From positions 28,464-92,463 of the IMG/VR virus record IMGVR_UViG_3300047160_019164: DNA of 64,000 nt, one strand, 5' to 3'. Origin of the DNA: a virus. The position numbers and the translations under genes are program-made. The notes beneath the pieces are model-generated. The model saw nothing but the letters and a program-made list of their open reading frames with translations. It was not told the origin of the DNA and ran no database searches. Below are positions 1 through 9,739 of this stretch, piece by piece. Numbering within the stretch: the stretch's first letter is position 1; each line of letters begins with the position of its first letter.

Positions 1-180
1 CTGCTCGCAGTGCAGGCGCTCTATCACGCGGACGACTCGCTGACCGAAGCGGCGGCGAATCTTTACGAAGACTACGAGTCGCGTCGGCTCTGTCGGCTCG
101 GCAGTGAAGACCACGCGCTCAGCGTGGTGAAGCATGCGGTGCGCACCGTCGGGGAGCGCATGCAGTTCCTTTCGGTTTGA
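1..180 (+). CDS. 3' end of a hypothetical protein (partial)
   Basis: Frame 1 is open from base 1 to TGA at 178-180, immediately before the next gene. Confidence 0.5.
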   Translation: MLAVQALYHADDSLTEAAANLYEDYESRRLCRLGSEDHALSVVKHAVRTVGERMQFLSV

Positions 181-191
181 TGGAGGCGCAC

Positions 192-1337
192 ATGGCGGAA
201 TTCGATTTCAGTGTGACGATCTCGAAGGTGGACACGAAGGTACTTGGTGAACATCTCGCCAAGATCGGCGTGAAGGTGCCGAAGGCCGATGCCGATTCGA
301 TGGCCAATGCGCTCATCGCGCACTATCGTGCGATCGAAGCGCAGTCGCTCGCTCGCTGCGAGAACTGCAATGGGCTCAGCGACCCCAACCTCGACGTTTG
401 CCCGTACTGTGGCCACGTCGAGTCGCTGGACGAAGTGCCGCTACCGGAGCCGACTCCGGTAGCGGTTGTCAAGACGACCAAGAAGAGCGAAAAGAAGGAC
501 GGCGCCGCCGAGGCGCAGGAAGGCGCGAAGAACATGTCGACGGAAACCACCACGGACAAGAAGAGCACCAACGGCGTTGCGAAGAAGGACGCACTTGCCA
601 AGGCCAAGGGCGACGAAGAGACCAAGATCACCAAGGCGGGGCTGGCCGACCTCGACAAGTCCGTCAGCACCATCCGCAAGCTGATGACCGAGACGGCGAC
701 CAACTACTGGCACCTCGGGAAAGAGCTGAACGTCATTCACGAGAAGCAGCTCTGGAAGCAGCGCACCACCGAGGATGGCAAGGTCGCGTTCAAGAGCTTC
801 GACAACTTCGTGTCGAAGGAGATCGGCTGGAGCGCGATGAACGCGTACCGTGCCATCGACGTCGCGAAGGAGTACAGCGAATCCGATGTGCGCAAGTTCG
901 GTATGACGAAGCTCTCGCTCGTGCTCGAAGCGCCGAAGGAAGCGCGTGCCGAGATCGAAGAAGGGCTCAAGAAGGGCGCCACGTACCGCGAGACCAAGGA
1001 AAAGGTGAAAGAGGCGCGCGCCAAGGCGGGTACCACGCGCCGCGAGACCGGTCGCAAGAAGACGCCGGCCGGCGAGAAGAGCGAAGGCGCGAAGAAGGCG
1101 CGCGCCAAGGCTGCGGCGGAGAAGGGGAAGTCGTCGCGCATGACCATCGCGAACATCGAAGGCACCAAGACGGTGCGCTTGTACGCGAAGGGCAGCGACG
1201 ACAAGCCTGCCAAGAAGGTCGCCGATCTTCCGTGGGGCCAGATGGAGCTGTCCAACGACGTCGTGATGCAGTTCGCGATCGTCGAGACGACGGCCGGCGA
1301 GCTGGTGCTCAGGGTCAAGGTCAAGCGCGGCGAGTAA
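192..1337 (+). CDS. Putative DNA-binding protein (Zn ribbon plus DUF3102-like helical domain, Lys-rich)
   Basis: GGAGG then ATG192; CENC..CPYC; 'YWHLGKELNVIHEKQLWK..FKSFDNFVSKEIGWS..AYRAI' pattern. Confidence 0.6.
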   Translation: MAEFDFSVTISKVDTKVLGEHLAKIGVKVPKADADSMANALIAHYRAIEAQSLARCENCNGLSDPNLDVCPYCGHVESLDEVPLPEPTPVAVVKTTKKSEKKDGAAEAQEGAKNMSTETTTDKKSTNGVAKKDALAKAKGDEETKITKAGLADLDKSVSTIRKLMTETATNYWHLGKELNVIHEKQLWKQRTTEDGKVAFKSFDNFVSKEIGWSAMNAYRAIDVAKEYSESDVRKFGMTKLSLVLEAPKEARAEIEEGLKKGATYRETKEKVKEARAKAGTTRRETGRKKTPAGEKSEGAKKARAKAAAEKGKSSRMTIANIEGTKTVRLYAKGSDDKPAKKVADLPWGQMELSNDVVMQFAIVETTAGELVLRVKVKRGE

Positions 1338-1419
1338 ATCGGCCGCGTGGACACGGTGGTCGGGCGCGCTTCTGTCAGTGCGCCCGACCCTTCAATTGGC
1401 AGATGGAAGAGAGGCGCGA

Positions 1420-1632
1420 ATGGCGATGACACCGGGACCGAAGGAAGAAACCGAGCGGTTGATCAAGAAGGTCGTGAAGGCGGCGGGGAAGAAGGGCGGC
1501 ACGCTCGCCGAGCTGGCGACGAAGGTCGGTGACGAGGTCGGTCCCGTGCGGCGCGCGGTGAAGTACGCCGTCACTCGCGGTGACCTCAAGAAGACGGGGT
1601 CCGGGCGCTTCACGGTCTACTGCATTCCGTAG
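1420..1632 (+). CDS. Small winged-helix DNA-binding protein
   Basis: GAGG RBS; 'TLAELATKVG..VRRAVKYAVTRGDLKKTGSGRFTVY' wHTH pattern. Confidence 0.6.
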   Translation: MAMTPGPKEETERLIKKVVKAAGKKGGTLAELATKVGDEVGPVRRAVKYAVTRGDLKKTGSGRFTVYCIP

Positions 1633-1652
1633 TAGGTCCGGCGTTTCGTGAA

Positions 1653-1697
1653 ACAGAAAGGCGGGAAGGCACCATTGCCTTCCCGCCTTCTGTCTTT
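1653..1697 (+). terminator. Stem-loop, probable intrinsic terminator
   Basis: AAGGCGGGAAGGCA-ccat-TGCCTTCCCGCCTT followed by ctgtcttt. Confidence 0.55.
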
Positions 1698-1699
1698 GG

Positions 1700-1709
1700 G
1701 CGGCATAAT
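1700..1709 (+). promoter_or_regulatory. GCSGCATAA promoter-like motif upstream of polB
   Basis: GCGGCATAAT 9 nt before the ATG, with no SD; one of 14 copies. Confidence 0.55.
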
Positions 1710-1718
1710 CCAAGCCGC

Positions 1719-4700
1719 ATGAACCAAGAGAACTACGTCAACGCATACGTCGATGGTGGTGAGATCGTTCTTCTGAAACGTGTCGACGGGAAGCTCGTCG
1801 AGAAGCGGACGCCGGCCGAGTACGTCACGTACTACGAACAGAGCAAAGTCCCCTCCGAGCTGGTGCGCGCGTTGAAGACGTCGGAGAACGTGCTCTCCAT
1901 GGTGCAGGAGAAGCAGTGGCTTCGCGTTCACTGGAAGCGCCCCTATCGCAAGAGCAACAAGAGTGATTGGGAATTCGACCCGCGGCGCTTCATGGCACAG
2001 GACGAGAGTAGTCCGTTCAACGAGCGCGGCATCGTCTCCTACGAAGCGGACGTTCATCCGGTGTTGCGGCACTTCGTCGATTGCGGGGTGGGCATCGCGA
2101 AGCCGAAACGCTGCTACATCGACTTGGAAACAGACAGCCGTGTCTCGTTCGCGCGCAAAGAGGAGATGCGCATCCTCTGCTACACGATCGTCGACGAGGA
2201 CGGTGGAGTCGTCGACTCTGCTTGTCTTCAGGAAGACACCGATGCGTCGGAAGCCAAGTTGCTCACGCGAATGTGGGACTTGCTGCACAAGTACGATCAG
2301 GTGTGCGCCTGGAATGGTGATCGCTTCGACTTTCCGGTGATGTTCGCGCGTAGCCAAGGGCGCGAGGTCAACGTCGACGTGAATCGATGGCTGTGGCTCG
2401 ACCACTTGATGGTCTTCAAGCGCATGAACGTGACGGCGTCGGAGAGCGGCGACGAGAAAACGTCGATGCGCTTGCAAGACGTGGCCACCGCTGTCCTCAA
2501 GGAAGGGAAGGACAAGTTCGATGGCTCGAAGACGTGGCAAGCGTGGGCGCGCGGCGATGGCTCGTGCCGCAAGGAAGCGTGTCCAGGCTGCGGCGAGAAG
2601 CACGAGCACAGCGCGCGCGAGTGCATGCGCCGCTACTGCCTGACGCCGGATCACAAGGTACTCGGTGAGGATCTTCGCTGGCGACCTTTGGGTGAATGCA
2701 AAGCGGGGGACGTAATCCTCGGGTTCGAGGAGAACGGTCCGAAGGGTTACGGTCGCCAGTATCGACGTGCCATCGTGAAGTCCGTCGAGCGAGCCATCGC
2801 GCCACTGTACGAGGTCGAGCTTGCTTCGGGGAAGAAGTTCCGGGTCACTCCAGATCACAAGTGGCTCGTCGCACGAGTGCGCAAGGACACTGGGTGCGTG
2901 AACCAGATGGAGTGGAGGGAGACCGTGGATCTTCTTTTCGATGGGCGCTCCATCCGCAGTGGTGGGAAAAGGATCACGAATGCCGGTTCGAGCGCGGCGA
3001 TCAAGCTGTTCGACGTGTGGGAGGAGGATGAGACGAAAGAGGCCGGTTGGCTGGCCGGGATGTTGGACGGTGAAGGATCTCTTTCCGTGAAGAAGAACAA
3101 GGGCCAAAGGTCCGCTGGTGGGTTCACCATCCAAGTGGGACAGGTGCTCGGACCTACGGCGGATCGACTCCACGCCTTGATTCGAGAGAAGAGTGTCGTC
3201 GAACCGAAGGTCTGTTATGAGGCGCCGCGAGGGCCCATCTCGCGCAAGTCCTTGAAGAAGATCATCGTGCGAGGCGCGATGCACGAGAAGTTGAAGTTCC
3301 TCGGCACGGTGCGACCCGAGCGGCTCATCCCGAAGGTCGACTTCGATCGCCTTGGCCGTGTCGAGGCCCGTAATCAGTTTGACCCTGTTGTGCGCGTGAC
3401 GCCGATCCCCGATGGGGAGATCGTCATGATGGAGACGTCAACCAAGACCTTCGTCGCTGACGGATATCCGATGCACAACTGCGAGCAGGACACCAAGCTC
3501 CTCGCCAAGATCGAGAAGAAGACGGGTTACCTCGAGCTGTTCTTCTCACTCTGCCAAGCCTGCGGCATCTTCCCCGACAGTCCGTCGACGAACCCGACAC
3601 ACCAGGTCGACGGCTTCATGCTGCGACTCGGAAAGGAGCGCCACACGCACTTCCGCACGCGCAAGTTCGGCGAAGAGGTGGAGGCGTTCGAAGGTGCCTT
3701 CGTGATGATCCCCGAGTACAAGGGCATCGTGCGCAACGTGCACGTCGGCGACTTCGCACGTCTGTACCCGTCCATCATCATCACGTGGAACATGAGCCCC
3801 GAGACGAAGGTCGGGGTGTACGACCATTCGACCAAACTGGTCACGCGTGTCGATGGCAAGAAGGAGTCGATGCGCGAGGAGTGGGCGCGGGCACCGCGCA
3901 CGAACGTGGTGTTCGACACCACGGCCCAAGGCATCCTTCCGACGGCGCTCTTGGAGATGATCCGCTTGCGCGCCTACTGGAACGATCGGAAGGCCAGCCT
4001 CACACCGGGGACCGAGGAGTGGCACGACGCCGACCGCCGCAGCACGGCTTACAAGATTGCGGCGAACAGTTTCTTTGGTGTCGCGGGCTCGCCCTTCAGC
4101 CGCTACTACGATAAGCAAGTCGGTGAGAGCATCACGCAAGCCGGTGTCTACTTGCTCAAGGCGACCATCGCCGAAGGGCTCACCTTCAAGCCACCAGTGC
4201 GTACGGGCTACGCCGACACCGACTCGATGTTTGCAGACCGCGTGACGAAGGCCGAATTCGAAGCCTTCGTGAAGCACTGCAACGCTGAGTTGTACCCGCG
4301 CATCACCAAGGCGCACGGGTGTAAGGCGTACGACATCAAGTTCGCGTATGAGAAGCAATTCGACCGTCTCGTGATGACCGGCAAGAAGCGTTACGCCGCC
4401 CGCTACGCTCACTACAAGGGCAAGCTCGCAGCGAAGGACAGCAAGCCCGAGATCAAGGGTCTCGAATTCAAGCGTGGCGACACCGCCAAGCTGGCGCGTC
4501 AGCTCCAAGAAGAAGCGATTCGCATGCTGCTCGGCAATTGGGAAGAGCCCTTCACTGCGCCGACGGAAGTCGTCGACGACTACCACAAGCTCATCGCCAA
4601 GTTCCAGCGCGAGGTGCTCGAGGAGAAGTTGCCTACCGAACTGTGTGTCATCTCCAAGAACATCACGAAGAAGCTGCCGCCAAGTCAGCGTGAGGTCGAA

Positions 4701-5561
4701 GAGCGGTTGGAGAAGTTCAAGGCTACAGCCGAGAAACGCAACAAGGAGTGGAACGACGAAGCTGTGCTCGACGCCATCGACACCATCATGGCGGAGTACG
4801 AGCGTGCGGATGGCTACAAGGCGCGCAAGAAGAACGACGGCACACGCGTCGCTCATCCGCCGCACGTGCAGGTCGCTCTCATTCTGAAGGAACGCGGCGA
4901 AGAGGTGCATGCCGGTTCGAAGATCGGCTACGTGGTGGTGGACGGGTCGAAGTCGCCGATGAAGGTGATTCCCGCCAGTGACTTCACCGGCGTGGAGGCA
5001 GATCGCTGGTACCTGTGGGAGAACCTCGTGTGGCCACCGACGGAGCGTCTACTCGTCGCGGCGTTCCCCGACCACGAGTGGAAGTCGTGGGGCAAGGTGC
5101 GGCCCAAGAAGCCGCGATTGCCACGCGGCAAGAAGACGGCGCAGCTCGCATCCCCTGAAGTCAAGCCTCCCACCGCACGGCGCCGTGCGGTGAAGACTCC
5201 TGCGCTCGTTGCTGGCGGCTCCGTGGCGGTGCCGAAGCAAGCACCACCGCCAGCGGCTCCGGCCAAGGCCGAACCGGCTTCTTGGATGCCGCAGGTCGTC
5301 TCCCGCACCGCACGGCGCCGTGCGGTGGACCAGCCACCCCTCGTAGCCCCAAAGGAAGAAGGGACGGGCATGGAGTGGCTCCTACCCGTGGGCCGTGGGA
5401 CGAATCTCGACGAGGTGACGAAGGCGCTCAAGGCAGCACCGGGGCGCACACCCGTGTTCTTGGAAGTGGCGCTCCAAGGTGCACGCCTCCGCGTCGACTT
5501 GCGGATCAAGGTGAAGCCGTCGAAGGAGCTTTGGTCGTTCGTCACTTCATTGCTCGTCTGA
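1719..5561 (+). CDS. polB: Family B DNA polymerase with an intein and a DnaE-CTD-like C-terminal extension
   Basis: Exo motifs DLETD, WNGDRFDF and Y[intein]CEQD; Pol motifs DFARLYPSII, KIAANSFFG, YADTDS, KKRYA. Confidence 0.95.
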   Translation: MNQENYVNAYVDGGEIVLLKRVDGKLVEKRTPAEYVTYYEQSKVPSELVRALKTSENVLSMVQEKQWLRVHWKRPYRKSNKSDWEFDPRRFMAQDESSPFNERGIVSYEADVHPVLRHFVDCGVGIAKPKRCYIDLETDSRVSFARKEEMRILCYTIVDEDGGVVDSACLQEDTDASEAKLLTRMWDLLHKYDQVCAWNGDRFDFPVMFARSQGREVNVDVNRWLWLDHLMVFKRMNVTASESGDEKTSMRLQDVATAVLKEGKDKFDGSKTWQAWARGDGSCRKEACPGCGEKHEHSARECMRRYCLTPDHKVLGEDLRWRPLGECKAGDVILGFEENGPKGYGRQYRRAIVKSVERAIAPLYEVELASGKKFRVTPDHKWLVARVRKDTGCVNQMEWRETVDLLFDGRSIRSGGKRITNAGSSAAIKLFDVWEEDETKEAGWLAGMLDGEGSLSVKKNKGQRSAGGFTIQVGQVLGPTADRLHALIREKSVVEPKVCYEAPRGPISRKSLKKIIVRGAMHEKLKFLGTVRPERLIPKVDFDRLGRVEARNQFDPVVRVTPIPDGEIVMMETSTKTFVADGYPMHNCEQDTKLLAKIEKKTGYLELFFSLCQACGIFPDSPSTNPTHQVDGFMLRLGKERHTHFRTRKFGEEVEAFEGAFVMIPEYKGIVRNVHVGDFARLYPSIIITWNMSPETKVGVYDHSTKLVTRVDGKKESMREEWARAPRTNVVFDTTAQGILPTALLEMIRLRAYWNDRKASLTPGTEEWHDADRRSTAYKIAANSFFGVAGSPFSRYYDKQVGESITQAGVYLLKATIAEGLTFKPPVRTGYADTDSMFADRVTKAEFEAFVKHCNAELYPRITKAHGCKAYDIKFAYEKQFDRLVMTGKKRYAARYAHYKGKLAAKDSKPEIKGLEFKRGDTAKLARQLQEEAIRMLLGNWEEPFTAPTEVVDDYHKLIAKFQREVLEEKLPTELCVISKNITKKLPPSQREVEERLEKFKATAEKRNKEWNDEAVLDAIDTIMAEYERADGYKARKKNDGTRVAHPPHVQVALILKERGEEVHAGSKIGYVVVDGSKSPMKVIPASDFTGVEADRWYLWENLVWPPTERLLVAAFPDHEWKSWGKVRPKKPRLPRGKKTAQLASPEVKPPTARRRAVKTPALVAGGSVAVPKQAPPPAAPAKAEPASWMPQVVSRTARRRAVDQPPLVAPKEEGTGMEWLLPVGRGTNLDEVTKALKAAPGRTPVFLEVALQGARLRVDLRIKVKPSKELWSFVTSLLV
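2637..3479 (+). mobile_element. Intein (281 aa) with a LAGLIDADG-type homing endonuclease motif, inserted in PolB ExoIII
   Basis: Starts CLTPDHKV; block B 'FRVTPDHKWL'; 'WLAGMLDGEGSL'; ends 'FVADGYPMHN' followed by Cys+1. Confidence 0.93.
5171..5192. repeat. Palindrome copy 1 (in polB)
   Basis: CACCGCACGGCGCCGTGCGGTG; encodes TARRRAV. Confidence 0.95.
5306..5327. repeat. Palindrome copy 2 (in polB)
   Basis: Same 22-bp core; encodes TARRRAV. Confidence 0.95.
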
Positions 5562-5588
5562 GCCGCATAACAGCGGCGGAGGTGAAGC

Positions 5589-6212
5589 GTGAAGAAACGC
5601 ACCGATGTGAGCGGCAAGAAGCTCAGCAAGATCGAGGAAGTGAGTAAGGAGCTGAAGGAGGAGTTGAAGCGCGGCGACGAGCACATCGACACGATGGGTG
5701 GGTTCCTGACGCATAAGCGATTCGACTCCCATCCCAAGCTCTCCGACGACCTCGAGCGCATCATCGCCAAGACGTTCAAGATCGACGTCGAGGCCACGCA
5801 CAAGGTTCTCCTCGAGAACCTTGTTATCGCCGGTACCGACCTCGGTGACCGCGGCACCATCACGGTCCACCTGAACCGTGCCGAGGACAATGCTCGACTT
5901 GCCCATCAGCTCTACTGTGTCGCGCGCGCCGACAAGGAAGAGTGGGACGCCCGTCATGAAGTGGTGCGCGGCGCCATGTGGACGCAAGCCACCGTCGCGC
6001 TCCAGCGCGAGAAGGACGCCGGCGAGCGGCGGAAGCAGATCACCGACGCCGACGTGAAGACGAAGTGCGCCGAGCTGTTCCCCGACGAGTGGCAGTACAC
6101 CGAGGCACGCGGCATGCGCGTCAAGCTGATGGTCGAGCACTTCAAGGAGCTGGTCGATTGTTGGCGCAGCCGATGCGCGACGCTCCGGACGCTTCTGGAG
6201 ACGCGTCGATGA
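5589..6212 (+). CDS. Hypothetical helical protein, possibly a UvsY-like recombination mediator
   Basis: GGAGG RBS; coiled helical sequence 'KQITDADVK'; position in the replication/recombination cluster. Confidence 0.45.
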   Translation: MKKRTDVSGKKLSKIEEVSKELKEELKRGDEHIDTMGGFLTHKRFDSHPKLSDDLERIIAKTFKIDVEATHKVLLENLVIAGTDLGDRGTITVHLNRAEDNARLAHQLYCVARADKEEWDARHEVVRGAMWTQATVALQREKDAGERRKQITDADVKTKCAELFPDEWQYTEARGMRVKLMVEHFKELVDCWRSRCATLRTLLETRR

Positions 6213-6862
6213 AGCGCCTTCATTTCGCGGTGAGAAGGGGCGTCGACGGTCGCATCGCCGAACCGGCGCGCGTGGTGGTGGCGGATCCTCCATGGAGCTT
6301 CAACGACAAGCTCCCCGGTGCATCGCGTGGCGCGGAGAAGAACTACAAGGTGCTCGATCTCGAAGGCATCAAGAACTTCAAGCTCCCACTCATCGACGAT
6401 GATGCTGCACTCTTCATGTGGCGTGTGTCCTCGCAGGTTGAGGAAGCGTACGAAGTGGTGCGTGCGTGGGGCTTCGTGCCGAAGACGGAGATTGTCTGGT
6501 GTAAGCTCACGCGGAAGGGTGGAGACGCACCTTCGGCGAAGTTCGCGCTCCAGGCAGCGAACACCGCAGGCGTGCAACCGCAAGACACGAAGCTCCACTT
6601 CGGGATGGGGCGCTATGTGCGTGCCTCACACGAGTCGTGCATCGTGGCGGTGCGTGGGCGTATGGTCGATAAGGTGTTGGACCGTGCCGTGCGCAGCGTG
6701 TTCTACGCACCGACTGGTGAGCACAGCGAGAAGCCCGCGGTGTTCTTCCAACTCGTCGAGCGCCTCTTCGAAGGCCCGTATGTGGAGATGTTCTCGCGTC
6801 ATCACCGAACGGGTTGGACCTGTTACGGGAACGAAGTGGGCAAGCTCGGTAAACGCGTCTAG
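6209..6862 (+). CDS. MT-A70 family N6-adenine DNA methyltransferase
   Basis: ADPPW catalytic motif, LFMW, AWGF, GMGRYVR..HE, HSEKP, EMFSR..GW..YGNE. Confidence 0.9.
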   Translation: MKRLHFAVRRGVDGRIAEPARVVVADPPWSFNDKLPGASRGAEKNYKVLDLEGIKNFKLPLIDDDAALFMWRVSSQVEEAYEVVRAWGFVPKTEIVWCKLTRKGGDAPSAKFALQAANTAGVQPQDTKLHFGMGRYVRASHESCIVAVRGRMVDKVLDRAVRSVFYAPTGEHSEKPAVFFQLVERLFEGPYVEMFSRHHRTGWTCYGNEVGKLGKRV

Positions 6863-6934
6863 GCTGCATAACCTCCCTTGCTCGGAGGGCAACCGAGTAC
6901 CGCCAAACCAAACAACCGTTGAGGTTTTCAATTC

Positions 6935-8326
6935 ATGGCGAACAGCATCGACGACTTCTTGAACCATCGGACCAACAGCGGCGATCGCGCGTCCTTCTTC
7001 AAGTGGAAGGACAAGGGCGAAGCCGACGTGTGGTTGCACACCAAGTGCATGCCGAAGCCCGTGTGGCGCCATCAGATTCCCAAGTTGGTGCCCATCGAGG
7101 ACAAGGACACCAAAGAGACGCACATCATGCTGTGGAGCGAAAACGCGGTCTGCCACGAGGACGAAGAAATCCTCCGCGCGCAGTATCAGCGCGACGACGA
7201 CGGCGCGCGGAAGAAGACTCCGACCAAGTGCGGGCTCTGTCGCTATGTCGAGTGGGTCTTCCAGCAAGTGCAGCAAGAGAAGCTCTCGTGGACTGATCCG
7301 GTGCTCCACTTCGAGGGCTTCACCAAGGAGAAGATCAAGGGCAATTGGGAGTACGTCGAGACGGAGCTGACGCTCCACGCCGGCGGGCTCTACGGTGCCT
7401 TTCAGAAGGTTGAGGACGACGACGAGAAGCGCGAGCTGAAGGAGGCTGGCATCTTCCTCAAAGAAGCGTGGAAGGAGAAGATGCTCGCGAGTTGCAACTA
7501 CATCTTCCGCATCGTCGACAACAAGTCGATCAAGGACGGCGTCCAGATCGCGATCGAAGCCTCGCTCCTCGGTGACAAGGTGAAGACCGTCATCAGTGAC
7601 CGCATGCAGTCGGTCGGTCGTGACAAGGGCAACCCGATGGTGACGCCGTACGCCATCCGTTGGAAGTACAACGACAAGGAGAAGGAATTCGGCAAGAAGT
7701 ACCACGCGCTCCCGCTCGAGGAAGAGCGCATCTCGCAGACGATCCGCGACCTCATCATCGAAGCCGAGCCGCCGGACATCACGCGCCTGACGGAGCCCTA
7801 CAACCAAGCCACCGTCCGCGCGTTCTTCGAGAAGCACAGCGTCCTCAAGAACGTCCCGTGGGACAAGCTCTTCCGCAAGGAGAGCAGCGCTGGCAAGTCC
7901 ACGACGGCCGGTGCGGAGGCGGAGAAGGCCAGCTCCAAGAAGGCACCGGACTCCGAGCCCGACGATCCCGACGAGACACAGGTCCGCAAGAAGCAGGACG
8001 ACGGTCCACCGAAGGGCTACACCACGTCGACCGGCATCTTCATCCCCGAAGACGATGCGGTCGAATGCAACAAGTGCGACAAGCCGATGCACGAGTCGTG
8101 GAACAAGTGCGTCGAGTGCGGCAAGACGTACGAAGGTGGCGAGGACCCGCCCGAGCCGCCCAAGAAGGAAGAGAAGGAACCGAAGATCGTTCCGCGCCGT
8201 CGTATGAAGGAGAAGGCTGAGACGAAGCCTGCCCCCAAGTCCGACCCGCCGCCCAAGAAGAAGCCCAAAGACGAAGAGGAAGACGAGGGTGGTGGGGACG
8301 AAGACGACGATTCCATCCCTTTCTAA
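6935..8326 (+). CDS. Putative single-stranded DNA-binding protein (gp32-like) with a Zn ribbon and an acidic tail ending DDDSIPF
   Basis: Lies upstream of recA; Cys/His clusters; C-terminus resembles the bacterial SSB tip. Confidence 0.65.
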   Translation: MANSIDDFLNHRTNSGDRASFFKWKDKGEADVWLHTKCMPKPVWRHQIPKLVPIEDKDTKETHIMLWSENAVCHEDEEILRAQYQRDDDGARKKTPTKCGLCRYVEWVFQQVQQEKLSWTDPVLHFEGFTKEKIKGNWEYVETELTLHAGGLYGAFQKVEDDDEKRELKEAGIFLKEAWKEKMLASCNYIFRIVDNKSIKDGVQIAIEASLLGDKVKTVISDRMQSVGRDKGNPMVTPYAIRWKYNDKEKEFGKKYHALPLEEERISQTIRDLIIEAEPPDITRLTEPYNQATVRAFFEKHSVLKNVPWDKLFRKESSAGKSTTAGAEAEKASSKKAPDSEPDDPDETQVRKKQDDGPPKGYTTSTGIFIPEDDAVECNKCDKPMHESWNKCVECGKTYEGGEDPPEPPKKEEKEPKIVPRRRMKEKAETKPAPKSDPPPKKKPKDEEEDEGGGDEDDDSIPF

Positions 8327-8350
8327 AAGGGATTGGTGAATCAGGCATGC

Positions 8351-8386
8351 AAGAGCCCACCGCACGGCGCCGTGCGGTGGGCTCTT
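8351..8386. repeat. Palindrome copy 3, extended to 36 bp (intergenic)
   Basis: AAGAGC-core-GCTCTT. Confidence 0.95.
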
Positions 8387-8434
8387 CGCTTGTGGGCGGC
8401 ATAACGACTACATCACTTCACGAGGTGAATTCGA

Positions 8435-9640
8435 ATGGCAAGGCGACGAATCGAGCAGGTCGAAGAAGTCGAAGAGAACGTGACACCGATCCGCAATTCA
8501 CGACTCAAGGCCATGGAGGCGCTCGCCAAGAGCCACTCTGCGTTCAAGCCGGCCGGTCAGGTGCTCACACCGGTGCGCGTGGTGCCAACGATCTTCGCGC
8601 AGTACGACCACGCGTTGCGTGTCGGTGGTCACCCCATCGAGCGCGTGGTCACGGTGCATGGGCCGTCCAACCACGGGAAGACGGCGTTCGTGTTGGGGCT
8701 CGGGCGATCGTTTCTCCAACGTGACCACTTCTTCAAACTGGTGGACGCCGAATTCACGACACCGACGGCGTGGCTCAAGACGATGCTCGGTCCGGAATTG
8801 TTTCAGGACGAGCGGACGCACCATCCGGGCTTCGTGGCCACGCGCCCGCAGAACTACGAAGAGACCGTCGACGACATCCGCAGCTTCGTGACCAAGATCG
8901 AGAAGGAGCGGGACGAAGGCAACCTCGACCCCGACACGACGGCGATCATCGCCATCGACAGTATCCGCAAACTGGTGCCGAAGAAGTTCTTCGAGAAGGT
9001 GGTCGGTGAAGGCTCCAAGAAGGGCGCGAAGGCCAACGGCATCGACGGCTTCGGCGGGCGCGGAGCGCAGATCAAAGCTGCGCTCAATGCCGCGTGGCTC
9101 GATGAGTTGGTGCCACTCCTCTACAAGACGCGTACGGGTATCGTGTTCATCGCGCGCGAGTCTGAGGACACCGAAGCCGACGCCAACGACAAGAAGTGGG
9201 GCAACGACTACAAGGTCACGGGTGGTAAGAGCATCATCTTCGACAGCTCCATCGTCGCGCGCGTCGAGCGTGACCGATGGGTGTACGGGCCTGGTCCCGA
9301 AGGCGAGAAGAAGCCCGTCTACGGCGAAAAGCACCGCATCACGGTCAAGAAGACCAAGATCGCCGGCAAGACCGACAAGGTGCAGGTCGGTTTTTTTCAC
9401 ACATCGAATGGTGTGTGGACGCCGGAAGGGTTCGACACCGCGCGTGACCTGGTGGAGTTGGGCATCCGCTTCGGTGTGCTCAAGCAAGCCAAGTCGTGGA
9501 TCCAATTCGGTAACCGCAAGTGGAACGGCGAGCATGCGGTTGTGAAGGCGCTCTACGAGAACCGCATCGTGCTGCGCGACCTCGAGTCCGAAGTGCGTGC
9601 TGCTTTCGATTCGACTTCGCCGTTGGAAGAGGACGATTGA
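8435..9640 (+). CDS. recA: RecA/UvsX-like recombinase
   Basis: Walker A GPSNHGKT; DAE; IIAIDS; 'TGGKSIIFDSSIV'; 'VKKTK'. Confidence 0.88.
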   Translation: MARRRIEQVEEVEENVTPIRNSRLKAMEALAKSHSAFKPAGQVLTPVRVVPTIFAQYDHALRVGGHPIERVVTVHGPSNHGKTAFVLGLGRSFLQRDHFFKLVDAEFTTPTAWLKTMLGPELFQDERTHHPGFVATRPQNYEETVDDIRSFVTKIEKERDEGNLDPDTTAIIAIDSIRKLVPKKFFEKVVGEGSKKGAKANGIDGFGGRGAQIKAALNAAWLDELVPLLYKTRTGIVFIARESEDTEADANDKKWGNDYKVTGGKSIIFDSSIVARVERDRWVYGPGPEGEKKPVYGEKHRITVKKTKIAGKTDKVQVGFFHTSNGVWTPEGFDTARDLVELGIRFGVLKQAKSWIQFGNRKWNGEHAVVKALYENRIVLRDLESEVRAAFDSTSPLEEDD

Positions 9641-9739
9641 GCGTGCTGGACGCCACTGCGGTAGGTACGCGCACGCTGCATTACTTAACCGGTCGCTCGT
9701 GGCGAACCCCGCGCGGCCGAGCCGGAAGTGGGTCTATCT

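Noticed and set aside
1617-8365. Long minus-strand ORFs (e.g. 1617-3284, 3546-4910, 6626-8365; likewise 52585-54201 and 59425-61095)
   Set aside because: Antisense shadows of GC3-rich genes with no motifs, unlike the 55373-56218 ORF, which has HTH and nuclease patterns and intein-matched boundaries
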